DNA from: Phoronis australis
Lineage: Eukaryota; Animalia; Phoronida
Assembly: GCA_002633005.1 (NCBI GenBank)
Contig: NMRA01001034.1
Location: 25,459-66,580 of the forward strand
Direction: 5' to 3'
Length of the DNA: 41,122 nt
Shown: piece by piece, positions 1 to 12,261 of the stretch
Layout: each line of letters opens with the position of its first letter
Numbering within the stretch: the first letter of the stretch is position 1
The notes under the pieces: generated by a model
Databases searched by the model: none
The model's input: only the letters and a program-made list of their open reading frames with translations
Told to the model about the DNA's origin: nothing
Position numbers and translations under genes: made by a program

Positions 1-1540
1 CCATATATCCTCTTTCTCATTTTCAGTGACTCTTGCAAATACTGTAGTCCCGAGACATGATCCCTTGAATTATAGTATGCACTGCCAACGTGACTTAAAG
101 AAGACGCAATGTCGGGATGGTCAACGTCGCCATATATCCTCTTTCTCATTTTCAGTGAGTCTTGCAAATACTGTAGTGCCGAGACATGATCACTAGAATT
201 GTTGTATGCCCTGCCAACGTTAGTTAAAGAAGACGCAATGTCGGGATGGTCAACGTCGCCATATATCCTCTTTCTCATTTTCAGTGAGTCTTGCAAATAC
301 TGTAGTGCCGAGACATGATCACATGAATTGTTGTATGCAGTGCCAACGTCACTTAAACAAAACGCAATATCGGGATGGTCAATGTCGCCATATATCCTCT
401 TTCTCATTTTCAGTGAATCTTGCAAATACTGTAGTGCCGAGACATGATCCCTTGAATTGTTGTATACACTACCAATGTCACTTAAAGAAGACGCAATGTA
501 GAGATTGTCAACGTCGCCAAACATCCTCTTTCTCATTTTCATTGAGTCTTGCAAATACTGTAGTGCCGAGACATGATCACTTGAATTGTTGTATGCACCG
601 CCAACGTTACTTAAAGAAGACGCAATGTCGGGATGGTCAACGTCGCCATATATCCTCTTTCTCATTTCCAGTGACTCTTGATAATACTCCAGTGCCGAGT
701 CATAATATTTTGATTTGTTGTATGCAGTGCCAACGTAACTTAAAGAAGACGCAATATCGGCATGATCAACGTTACCATATATCCTCTTTCTCATTTTCAG
801 AGAGTCTTGAACATACTGTAGCGCCGAGACATGATCACTCGAATTGATGTATGCACGGCCAACGTCATTTAAACAAGACGCAATGTCGGGATGGTCAACG
901 TCGCCATGTATCCTCTTTCTCATTTTCAGTGAGTCTTGCAAGTACTGTAGTTCAGAGACATGATCACTTGAATTCTTGTATGCACCGGCAAAGTTACTTA
1001 AAGAAGACGCAATGTCGGGATGATCAACGTCGCCATATATCCTCTTTCTCATTTCCAATGACTCTTGACAATAGTGTAATGCCGAAGGATGATCCTTTGA
1101 GTTGTTGTATGCATCCCCAACGTCACTTAAACAAGTCGCAATGTCGGGATGGTCAACGTCGCCATATATCCTCTTTGCCATTTCCAGTGACTCTTGATAA
1201 TAATGTAGTGCCGATACATAATCTCTTGACATGTTGTATGCAATGCCAACGTCACTTAAAGAAGACGCAATGTCGGGATGGTCAACGTCGCCATATATCC
1301 GTTTTCTCATTTTCAGTGACTCTTGATAATACTGTAGTGCCGAGACATGATCACTAGAGTCGTTGTATGCACTGCCAACGTTACTTAAACATGACGCAAT
1401 ATCGGGATGGTCAATGTCGACATACATCTTCCTTGTCATTCTCAATGACCTTTTATGGTACTGTAATTCTCTATCATGCTTTCTCATTTTACCGTAGATT
1501 GACCCTACATGACCCAATGTCTTTGCAATACTCGGATTGT
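1..1540 (-). repeat. Coding tandem repeat, 129-bp (43-aa) TPR unit; 11 highly similar copies plus 1 diverged, continuing off-window
   Basis: ccatatatcc recurs at 1, 130, 259 etc. Consensus peptide HPDIASSLSxVGxAYNNSxDHVSALQYLQDSLKMRKRIYGDVD (kinesin-light-chain/TPR_10-12 type). Confidence 0.95.
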
Positions 1541-3703
1541 CATTGTTTAAATGGATTTTCCTACTTAACCTTTCTGCATCTTCGGCTGCATCTGTTGCTT
1601 TATTGTTTTCTCCCATCGCACAATGCACCCTAGCAAGGAGACATTTAACTGAAACGGTATCATCTTGTTCGCCTTCTTTCAAAAGTTTCAGTGTTTTAAT
1701 CGATGATAAACACCATTTCAAGGAATGTTCGTAGTTTCCATGATTATAGTACGCCATGGCTATCAGCTGCTTCAGTCTGGCTATTGTTCGGAGATATGAG
1801 TCCTCGTTCATATTCATTGATTCAATGGAAAATTCTTGAAAAAATGGTTCTCTGCTTAGCGCTTTCTTGAGATCTTCAAGTAACTGGTTTGATAGTCTCA
1901 TTCCAACCTCTTCCTGCTTCTTCGTAATTTCTAATGCTTGCATGTAAAAATTAATTGCAGAAGCATTTTGTCCTTTAAGGAAATACGCTTCCCCTATTAA
2001 CTGAAGACAATGACATACAGATCTGTCTTCGTGGTCACAGAAAACATCATGTCCCTTGTAGTGCACCACTATGTCTTCTGTCTGTGTGTGTGGCGATTTC
2101 TTCTCCCAAACGTTTTCAATGTGTGTGAAAAATGTCTCTAACGCGTTGTCATAGCGAAAGCAGCAAAGCTCTATGCAACCCTCGTAAAAATAATTTTTCT
2201 CAAAAAATGACGCCCCAATCGTTTTTGTTATGAATGCAAGAACGAATGACCCATCTGTAATACATTTAACTAACGGGTAGATAGAATAATAGTATCGGAC
2301 TATCAAATGTTTGAAATCGCCATACGGCTTACCTAGCAACACAACGTCTTCCATTTGTCTACGCTGACTGCAATACTGTACAAATCTGAATAGACTGACA
2401 AATGAGACTATAAAGAGTAAGTTGTGCCTACCATCAGGTGACAAAATGGCCATGGATTTCATTTCATCAATGAGATCCCAAGTGTTGTCCTTAGTCAAAT
2501 TGAAAATAGCTTTAAATAAGGTGAGGACCAAGGTGGGCAGTCTGTACATTTCCTTTTTTATGTCATGAACATTTCCTGGCTTGTTGTGGAAGCTAAGCTC
2601 ATACAAGAACTCGTCCACAACATTGCGTATGTCACTGAAATATTTCATCCGTGCTTCTTCCTCCTTCTGGTGACGCGCTCGCTCTTGCCTGAATTCCTTC
2701 AGCAAGGATTCGTCTCCGTCAAGTTGCATTGTTGACATAAGAACGCGATCGAAGTTATACCCCTCTTTAATTGCCTGTCTGACTTCACACATTTCAGCCA
2801 TGTGTTTTGGTGTCTTGATTAATTCTATTCCGGCTTTACCTGGTCTATCAGGTCGCCCAAGTGGTGTCTTGCATGCGAATGGTACTGCACTATCAAATTC
2901 AAACCCACGAGCTACCACGTCATCAACAAACCAATTTCTACCTGGTGTGTCGTAGTCATTAAGTGACTTGATATGCATACTCTTAAGGTTTGTCTCCCGA
3001 ATATTTAAGACAAACAAGTGCATAAGTCTAGTCATATCTCTGAAGTACTCAAGATCTTGCTCGTCATTCTTTACCAAAATGGCCCATTCCAAGTCCGAAT
3101 AGGGTGTTACCTCTCCCCTTCCCAAAGAGCCCATGGCAAACGCTGCGTAGTCCTGTGGGGGTGGGCCTAAAATTTCTCTGCATTTTGAGAGAAGGTATTT
3201 ATTGAAACATTGCATGTGTGAGCACAAGGTCCGAAATATTGTTCTAGTTTCTTCAACAAATACTGCTTCTAATTTTATTCGCTCACTATCCGGTGCTTTT
3301 AAGTTGAGTTCACTAGCAAAAGTGCGCAGTAGCTCATCGGCTCCTGGAGAGGTCTGGATTCTGACATTTCTCAATTTTTCTACCACTTCGGACCTAAAAT
3401 CCATTGGTATTTTGCTACCAGACAGACAAAGCGTGGTACAGAATGCCGTTTCATTGTCTCTTATTAAGATCTCCAACTCCTCAGTCATTTCAGTTTCAAC
3501 TCTCAGTATAGCGGCGTTATATAAGGCTGAAGCAGTAACGAAGTGTTGAGTACATTTTTGTAATAGCCCTCGCTTTTTGTAAATATCACCCATCTTTTGA
3601 AGGATTTTTCCACCTGACTCTGATTTTCTGTCATCCTTGCTTAGTTTTTTAAGCTTGGATGCTAATGAGACTTCTTCTTTGTCCAGCTGTGATGACACTT
3701 CAT
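1..3703 (-). CDS. Giant exon (3' end beyond window) of a nucleotidyltransferase (DUF294/GlnD-GlnE-like) + helical + TPR-array protein, >=1234 codons
   Basis: Hand translation gives an uninterrupted minus frame from acceptor ttgcag|AT GAA (3703) to position 1. N-terminal part LQKMGDIYKKRG...ASALYNAAILR; NTase signature LGPPPQDYAAFAMGSLGRGEVTPYSDLEWAIL (G-x11-D-x-E at 3087-3131); RGFEFDSAVPFACKTPLGR (~2855-2909); helical region HDIKKEMYRLPTLVL...LLFIVSFVSLFRFVQY (~2375-2567); about 3 diverged TPRs (~1560-2040), then 43-aa TPR repeats. Confidence 0.9.
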
Positions 3704-4736
3704 CTGCAATTATGTTGAACTGTTAATTGAAATAAGACTGTACAGGCATTAAATGTATCCCACTACCACTCTAATAGGTATGAGTTTTTAGTTTTGAGTG
3801 TTCTTAGCTAGGTCTTGTCGTCCAAGTACATGTATTTGACCTACAAGACACTGGACTAACAATGACAAAAGCAAAAATGTATCAAAATTTGGTAATGAAA
3901 TATTTTGAAAGAAATCAGCCCATCTCTTCAGTATTTTTACTTTTTAAAGTGACTTTTTTTCAGAGACAACACACGTGTCAAAACATTGAAGTAATGAAAT
4001 GGACTGGCGGAGGAGGCGGGGTCTTGAATCTTTTCAGATTGGCAGTTCTGCATTCTACAAAAATTGTGTGGTTTAACCACGTGCCTTATTTATTTTGTGT
4101 TGTCATGATTACACCTCACCAAGTCTTAAAGTCTAACATTAACGGAATTTTGTTATTTTAGGTGTATATGGCTAACCAGCTAGTCCTACGCCCTTCTAAA
4201 TAATAGGTGAATCTGCCTTTTTGTACCATGTTGTATTTTCAGGTGTTACTGTTCAAGGTAGGCTTTAGGACTTAAATTTTCAGCACCCAATTCACAGAAG
4301 AAGACATGAAATAACTTATGAACACACACGTGCCATCGATGATTTTGGACATTTTAAGATGTATACTTTACAGGATTGTATTATGCCATACGAACATGGC
4401 TTGAACTTAGACACATGGTTAATGATTTATTGACCAAAATAAAGCTCATCACTTCTTTATAACCACTATAATGTCGATTGTATTCCACAAAGTTAGGATA
4501 TTTTTTATATGAATTGCGCATGCTTGTTTTTGGAAAAAACCATACTACAAATTGGAAGCGTGTTCTGAACAAGACAATCTTGTCTGATTTCATGGCATTT
4601 TGTTTCCCCATTAGAACGAGAATCAATCTCATTGATCTATGGTCAAAATATACATGCAATTATGCCGCCTCTATAAAATCACCCCAAATTCGATTTTCCA
4701 CAACATTGCAACACGATTGCTTTCTTTTCGTTATAC

Positions 4737-4895
4737 CTGACACGTCTGTTGCTTCACCCTCGTCGGCCTGTTTATCGCTGTCTGATGAAGGACAGCCTGA
4801 TGATGGTCCATGTGCCGGCTCCTGCGCTTCCTTCCCTGACGTAGTACAGACCTCATCTACAGACCTGTCTTCTGTGTTCTTCATGTCGTCACATT
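4737..4895 (-). CDS. Duplicated symmetric (phase 1-1) 159-nt exon, copy 1; acidic Ser-rich disordered peptide
   Basis: tgcag|AA TGT GAC...GTG TCA G|gtataa; ECDDMKNTEDRSVDEVCTTSGKEAQEPAHGPSSGCPSSDSDKQADEGEATDVS; phase matches the acceptor at 3703. Confidence 0.7.
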
Positions 4896-5715
4896 CTGCA
4901 TACACATTCAATGACTGCAGTTATGTTGAACTGTTATGTAAACAAGACTACAAAATTTAAATGTATCGTACACTCTATTTCTACCCACTTTAATAATGGT
5001 TTGAAATTTTAATATTTATCTTATCGTCCCAGCGCTTGATCAGCTAGTCACTTGATTTATAATGACACAAGCAAAATGTATCAACATCAGGTATTAAGAT
5101 ATCTTGTAGGAAACCAGTCGGCGTTTACAATAATTTTTAAACTCATTTTATATTTGAAAATGTAGCCAGAAACAATAAATGTATCATAGCAGGAAGGAAT
5201 TTTCTTCCGGTTTGAAGACTGAATAAAAAAATCATATTAGTAGATTACTTCATGGGGGTGCTTAAATGGGGGACTGGAATTTCATGTCGTGATCAGATGT
5301 AGCGATAACAACCAAAACTAAATCAGGCATGTGGTCAACCCACGGCCACACTATTTTTGTAGAACGCAGAGATTCCGAAAAAGGATGAAACTACCGCTTC
5401 CGCCGCCAGTGCTTCTCATAACTAAATACGAACGTGGCCTGAAATTAGACCCATGTTTAATGACGTATACATCAAAATAAAAGTATATCACCTCCGATCA
5501 ACCACGCCAAAACATTCGAAATTTGAAGCATGTTTCGCTCAAAACAAGTTTCCTTTTAGAACTATAGTCAATTTCAATAAAATGAGATAATACAACAAAA
5601 ACGACAAAAATCGTCCAAATGCATTGTGCAAGTACTACACGTCTTTTCAATATGATATGATGTTTAGTTGATCAAATTGTTACACCGCAACTTGATTGGT
5701 TTCCTGTGGTTATAC

Positions 5716-5874
5716 CTGACACGTCTGTTGCTTCACCTTCGTCGACCTTTTTATCACTGTCTAATGAAAAAGAGCGTGAAGATGGTCCATGTGCCAGCCG
5801 CTGCGCTTTCTTCCCAGATTTGGTGCAGACCTCATCTATACACCTGTCTTCGGGGTTCTTGCTGTTATCACATT
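5716..5874 (-). CDS. Duplicated symmetric 159-nt exon, copy 2
   Basis: tgcag|AA TGT GAT...TCA G|gtataa; ECDNSKNPEDRCIDEVCTKSGKKAQRLAHGPSSRSFSLDSDKKVDEGEATDVS. Confidence 0.7.
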
Positions 5875-7701
5875 CTGCATGCATATTGAACGACTGTCTT
5901 GGTTATGGAGAAATTGCTTTCAATTGCACAAAAATTGCTTGCATATTTCGCAAACCTAAAGTGTATGGGTGTTAAGGGTAAAATGACCAACTTGATCCAA
6001 ATTTCCAACTTCAGAGACTGTGTCTTTCAATCATTCTGCTTGTTACAACCACGTCATTGTTAATTTATTGAAATACACGTTTATTCGCAGCCAGTGTGTG
6101 TGGCTTGAGATTTTTGTGTCCGTGGCCTCATTTTATATGATGGCTAGGAGAGGACATTTTATGATTATAAATTCAGAAACTAATTCACGTGGTGGCGCTA
6201 TAACCAAGCCAGTAGGTCAGTAACGCTAAGAAATCGCTATAAAGAAAGACTTCGCAAAATTACGTGGGATATTGCCGTGTATTTTAAATGGAAGACACGT
6301 GATTTTAGCGGGGTTTGAGCTAGGTCCTAGAGTAGGTCATAGCGTTAATTGATGAACTCTACCCATCACAGACGGAAATTGCCGTTCAGTAACAAGTGAA
6401 CGATCAATTAGTGTTTTGTTTTAAGTCCAAGCATTTACTCAAGGTCTTTGGCACACTGTCGTAGCGAGAGGTTTTCAGATGGTGAAGTCAAATTTGGCAA
6501 CCAATTAATCGACCGTCCGGGCTTGTTGAAAAATAGTCAAGTTATCCATTATCTACAAATGCGCTGAAAGCTCCTTTTTTAGCAGTGGGCCATGGCTACC
6601 TTATGCCCCGCCGTAGAGTACGCCTCTAGGTGGACCATGGCCTATGATTTGGCACCAACATTTCACCTCACTTCTTTCAACTGAGAGTAGCTTATACCTT
6701 TTTGCACAAAAAATATAATGCCATTTGTGCATGAAATCCAAGTCTATTTGTCACTGTTACCACGAATCCGTACCTAAAAAAATTCGCAAAGTTATGTGAG
6801 ATATTGCCGTGTATTTTAAATGAAGCCACGTGATTTAGCTGGATTTGAGCGAGATCTTAGCGTAGGTCCTAGAGTTACTGAACTCTACCCGGTCGTCCGT
6901 CTTTCCGACTCACCGCCGGAAATTAGTGTTTTGGTGCAAGTCCAAACATTAATGATTTGCTAAATGCCTATGGCACACTGGCGTGCTGAAGAATATTTAA
7001 GTGACCCAAGCTATACACTCTCGCCGAAAAAATCTTTTCGGGACTGAGAAGGTGGGACATGGACCCCTTATGCCCCGCCGTAGAGTGCACCTCTAGGTGG
7101 ACCATGGCCTATGCTTTTGCACCAACATTTCACTTCACTTATTGCAACTGAGAGAAGCTTATACCTTTTTGCACAATAATTATAATTCCATTCAATGTGC
7201 AAGCAATCCTAATCCATTTGAAACAAGACTGTGTCAAATTTTAAAAATTCACTTAAATAAAGTAGTGAGTTTTCAATATTAAGCCTACACCGCCTCTCAT
7301 CACAAAATATAACGGTGACTTGGACTTAGATCTATTTTTCATGACCTATATTACAAAATGTAAATATATCACCTCCACACAATCACCCTAAATTCGATTT
7401 TCTACAACGTTAGGGAGTTTTTGATAGTTTTGAGATGAAAAGGCGTTTTTTTTTTCGTAAACAACTCCACTAAATTTGAAGCGTGCTTTGAACAAGACAA
7501 TTTCGTCTCATTTACTGACATTTTTTCATCTCATTAGGACATGAGTGAATCTCATTGACATGAGGTGACAATATCGAAACAACAAAAACCGCTCAAATAC
7601 TGTACATCTTTTGCAGGCACTATGATTACTGTTTTATCTGATTATGAGTTTTGTTGATCAAATTGTTACATTACAAGCTGATTGCTTTCCTGACATCATA
7701 C

Positions 7702-7848
7702 CTGACACGTCTGTTGCTTCACCCTCGTCGACCTGTTTATCGGTGTCTAATGAAAGAGAGCTTGATGATGGTCCATGTCCCGGCCCTTGCGCTTCCTTCT
7801 CAGATTCGATAAGGACATCATCTATAGACCTCTCGCTGTTGACAGATT
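7702..7848 (-). CDS. Duplicated symmetric 147-nt exon, copy 3
   Basis: tgcag|AA TCT GTC...TCA G|gtatga; ESVNSERSIDDVLIESEKEAQGPGHGPSSSSLSLDTDKQVDEGEATDVS; 12 nt shorter than the other copies, frame preserved. Confidence 0.7.
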
Positions 7849-8564
7849 CTGCATGCATATTGAATAACTCTCCTGGTTATGAAGGAACTGTTTTGAATTG
7901 TGCACAAAAAGCGCACATGTTTTAAACCAACAGTGCTCGTGTGTGTGTGTTAAGGGTAAAATGGCCAATTTGATGCAAATTCGCACAATTTCCAATTTCA
8001 GAGATCTTGTTTTTTCAATCGTTTTGCTTGTTACATTCACTGCATCACTAATTCATCAAAATACACGTTTAATCGAGGGATGAGTTCTTAACAATAAACC
8101 TCCACTGCCTCTCATCTCTAACATGACTTGAACCAAGATCTATGTTACATGACTTATATTTTCGTATTCAATAACCGAAAATTCGATTTTCCACAACGTT
8201 AGGGAATTATGGTCGTTTTGATATGAAAAGCGTAATTTTTCCTAAACAACCCCATTAAAAATTGGAAGCGTGTTTTGAACAAGACAAATTCGTCTTATTT
8301 AATGACATTTTGTCTTCTCACTAGGACATGAGTAAATCTCATTGAAATGAGGCGATACTACCAAAACAACGAAAAACAAACGATCAAAGACATGCCTTGC
8401 AGGTACCATGAGCCCTATGAATCCTATTATTATTTACATCCCTTCTAGACCTTTGCCGGTTGCGAAACGGACCCACTCCCAAATTACTCGGGTGACTGTT
8501 GATAATGCCAAAACTACAGTTGTTGTTGAATTTGGTTGGTCAACTTGTTACATTACAACCTGAT

Positions 8565-8594
8565 TGTCTTCGGGGTTCTTGCTGTCGTCACATT
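8565..8594 (-). pseudogene. Truncated fourth copy of the mini-exon (pseudo-exon, donor site deleted)
   Basis: Acceptor and first ~10 codons (ECDDSKNPED) match copy 2, then the sequence jumps to intron sequence (tgattg|tcttcgggg), losing ~145 bp including the donor. Confidence 0.6.
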
Positions 8595-11500
8595 CTGCAT
8601 GCATATTGAACGACTGTCTTGGTTATGGAGAAATTGCTTTCAATTGCACAAAAATTGCTTGCATATTTCGCAAACCTAAAGTGTATGGGTGTTAAGGGTA
8701 AAATGACCAATTTGATCCAAGTTCGCACAATTTCCGAGACTTCTGCTTGTTACACCCACTTCATCATTTATTTATCAAAATACACATTTATTCGCAGCCA
8801 TTTTGTGTGACGTGAGATTTTTGTGGCTGTGGTGTCATTTTGTATGATGGACAGGAAGGACGGATATTTTAGGATGATTAATTCCGAAACTAATCACGTG
8901 GTGGCTCTGTGACCCAGTCATACCGGGATAGAGTCTAGTAAAGGTAAGACCTCGCTAAAAAGCTAGACTTCGCGAGATAACGTGAGGTGTTGCCGTGTAT
9001 TTCAAATGAGGACACGGGATTTTAGCTAGATTTGAGCAAGGTCCTAGCGTAAGTACCGGTAAAGCAACACGTTTAATTTTCAAAAATAGTACCCCCACCC
9101 AAATTTTTGCCAAGGTTTCTCACTTATAAAATGACTTTGACCCCAAAACCTAAAATAGCAGAATTATTTTCGAGTACAAGGCTATTTCTTGGTTACCATA
9201 ACAAATGCACATACTCAAGCTAGACAACCCCCTAAGTTTCCTTGAAGGGAGTCACTATAAATACTTTGACGTGACTTTGCTATCACACTCAAATTTGCTG
9301 ATGTTAAGCGACTGACCGTTAGAAACCATCAAAATTAACTATACAGAAAATACAACCACACTTTCACAACCAAGACATTTAACTAAACATTAAGAAGCAG
9401 TGAGCCAAAATCATGATGTCTATGGTAACATCTTGTTCGCATCCGCCAATGCAGAATAAGAAAAAAAGGTTATCGATTATTTCTTATTGATTATAATCCT
9501 CAATATATCCAAAATTCATTTGACATTTATGTTTGCAACTGAGTTAGAGCCAACGGCGTCAGATGGCGTGAAATCTCGGAACTCTCAATTTCAGAATTGA
9601 ATAGCTTTAGTGCGGGGGTCATCAAGTGCAAACTAGAATCAGGCAGACATCCACCTAAATCATTACATGCTTTAAATTCCTTAAAAACCCAAAATCACCT
9701 CTCAGGAGCAATTTGAGACCAAATTCATAAAGGCAAATGTGTTTAAATCAATGCATTTTTGATGTTTGGAAATGCTATTTCTGCTTTAAAAACTTTCTCT
9801 CTTTGTCATCCGGGTGGAAAATATTACCAGCCAGGAAGAACACATTTCCACCCGGGTTAGAAATATTGCCATACAGGTGGAACTGTTTTACACGTGGAAG
9901 GTAATTTTTGTACTTGCATTGTAATATTTCCACCCGGTTATCAAAGAGCAAAAAGGTTTCAAAATAAGACAATTTGTACATGTCTGAAAAAATGACCGCC
10001 ATTTTCAGCCATCGTAGAAAGGTGAAAACATTCTTTTTTTCTTAGTACATGTTTTTGACAAGACAAGATGCGAAAATCTAGTAATGCGTTTTGCCACATC
10101 TTACGTATTAATCTTTGTACTTACTCGACAAACCTTTACCATGCTCAGACGTATCTTCAGGGTCAGCCATTTTCGAAATCTAAAAATAAAAACAGTTTAG
10201 GGCATGCATTCTTGGTGGTAGTCATTCAGACTCTGAGATCTTTTTCTCCCTTGGAAACCGAGAGAGCCAGAGTATGATAACGCACGTTTAGACTGGGCTC
10301 CATTGCGGCACATTTTTCAACAGCTTATGCTGAAGGCCAATCAATAACAGAGAAGCGGACATAAAAATTCCATTGTTTGATAAAAAGTTTTGATTGCGTT
10401 GTATCCTTGTGCAGATTTCCGAGTCAGCTTTGATTTTGAAACTGAAAATCGAAACCATAAGCAGGTCCCTATTTCCTAGAACCAGACCTAGACACTGTTT
10501 TGATTGCGTGTAAAGCAGCATAACACAATGACGCTATTGGGGGTGCTGCTCATACGGTTATAGCCTGGAGCGACACTGGGTTGGCCAATACAAATGCAGT
10601 CCACGAAAAAATACACGGCTTCAAGTAAGCCAGACCACACACTGACGCGAATGACGTACTGACAACTTTCAACCAATCAAATTGTTCTTAAGATTGTAGC
10701 GGTTTACTGGTTGTACTGTTCTTTGAAATCATGGAGCAGCAAATCAATTAAATAAATTTATGTCTCAAAAAATTTTAAAATTTTTACAACCTGGAAATAT
10801 TGAAATATTCAAATTAGACCTTAGAATAGTGCAGGAAATGTCTGGTAAAATGGTCTCGATTTCGAGTAATTTCCTAGACAGTAGGGGACACAGAACAGTT
10901 CTCACAGGGGTCGGTCTATCAGAACACACGTCAATGCAGTCCTCAACCTTTCTTACCTCTGTCAAAAACTGCATGCAAAGAAAGAAAAGTTTTGAGTCAT
11001 TTTACGTCACAAGCCCTACAGATGCGCATAGAAATTGTATTCCCTCTGGTATTTTTGACCCTTTCACTCCTACTGAAAGCCAAGCTAGACTAAGAAAAAT
11101 AGGGGGCAAAGAACGCAAAATCGGCACTTGTCACCCCAGCAAAACCACCCGCTTCCCTGCCGAGTGCTCGACTAAATCCAACACGGGATTTCGACAGAAA
11201 ATCTCCTACCGGCTCCAAGAATGTGGTCCAAAAGTACTGTGAACCAACTAGTTTTTTCGGGAGGGGGCGGTAGGGAGAAAGGGGGGCGGGAGGGTGGGAG
11301 GAGAGAGATAATTAACGAGTTTATTCTGTTAATTGTCCCTAATGCTCCGACTATGATTAAGCACCGGGTGTTCAATCATTATTACCATTATTTCAGAGCG
11401 GGGGTTTGAACACAAATTTTTCAACTGTGTTGATGCCGATCTCAGTCATTGTTGGTAGTTGTCTCTATTCCCTTGTAAAGTAAACGTTTGTAATTTATCG

Positions 11501-12261
11501 GACATTCACAAAATTCGGAGTCTACATGTGTGTGTTCGTAATGAGTAATAAAAGCGATATTTGATGAAACGTTGATGAAGATCACGAAAGTGATTTTGCT
11601 TATCATTTCTGTGTAAATTTACGAAATTCAAGTTAACCCTTAACACTTATGTCGTTGTTATGCAAAGAAATAATAAATGTTCATGGAATTTACCTTAAAA
11701 GTTGCCTTTATGAATCCATGATCAGTAGAATCGATTCGACTTGTACGTTAGAAGAAGCCTTCATAACTCAGTCCCAGCCGACAACTCTTATGTTATGCTG
11801 TCACTGTAGGACCCGGCGCAACAAAACACCTCAACTTAAAGTTTTGTATTGGTTCAGGCTAATTGCCAATTTCCACTCTTTTGATTAAAGTGAAAGATAA
11901 ACACGACGGTATATCAGCGGTTCTTTAACTGACGTAAACACATTGCAATCAAATGGTTTCGTAGCATAACACTCACCGACACTGATTGAAAAAAAGCAGG
12001 ACAATAACTTATATTTTATTTAGTTACATAGCACAAGTAGCAGCCAAATTTGTGTTTGGCTTGTGCATGACGGTTGTCAGTCTAAACAAGAAGCGACATT
12101 GCAACACGCAAATGGCCTTCTTTTAATGAGGCGCGTCTATAAATTTACACCGTCAAATCATTCACGTCAGAATCTTACTTATCAACCAACTAGTTCGATG
12201 AGCACACAATGAGCTCGCAAGCCAGACAGCGCGTGCCGCGCGGTCCTGCATATAGGTAGGG

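Larger units (their letters stand above)
3704..9050. repeat. Local segmental duplications of exon+intron units
   Basis: Homologous blocks: 3704-3940 ~ 4915-5140; 5845-6340 ~ 8565-9050 ~ 7845-8075; 6250-6730 ~ 6783-7200; 4390-4710 ~ 7310-7570 ~ 8110-8350. Confidence 0.85.

Noticed and set aside
284-1734. Plus-strand Cys/His-rich repetitive ORFs
   Set aside because: Antisense shadows of the 129-bp TPR repeat; they are broken by stops while the minus frame is open and matches the TPR consensus.
2300-3200. cGAS/Mab-21 or OAS assignment for the NTase
   Set aside because: The motif context (PP...GSLGRGE.TPYSD.E plus DIKK helical region) fits GlnD/DUF294-type enzymes better; no Mab-21 or OAS C-terminal signature recognised.
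10760-11242. 160-aa plus-strand ORF
   Set aside because: No recognisable domain or supporting splice structure.
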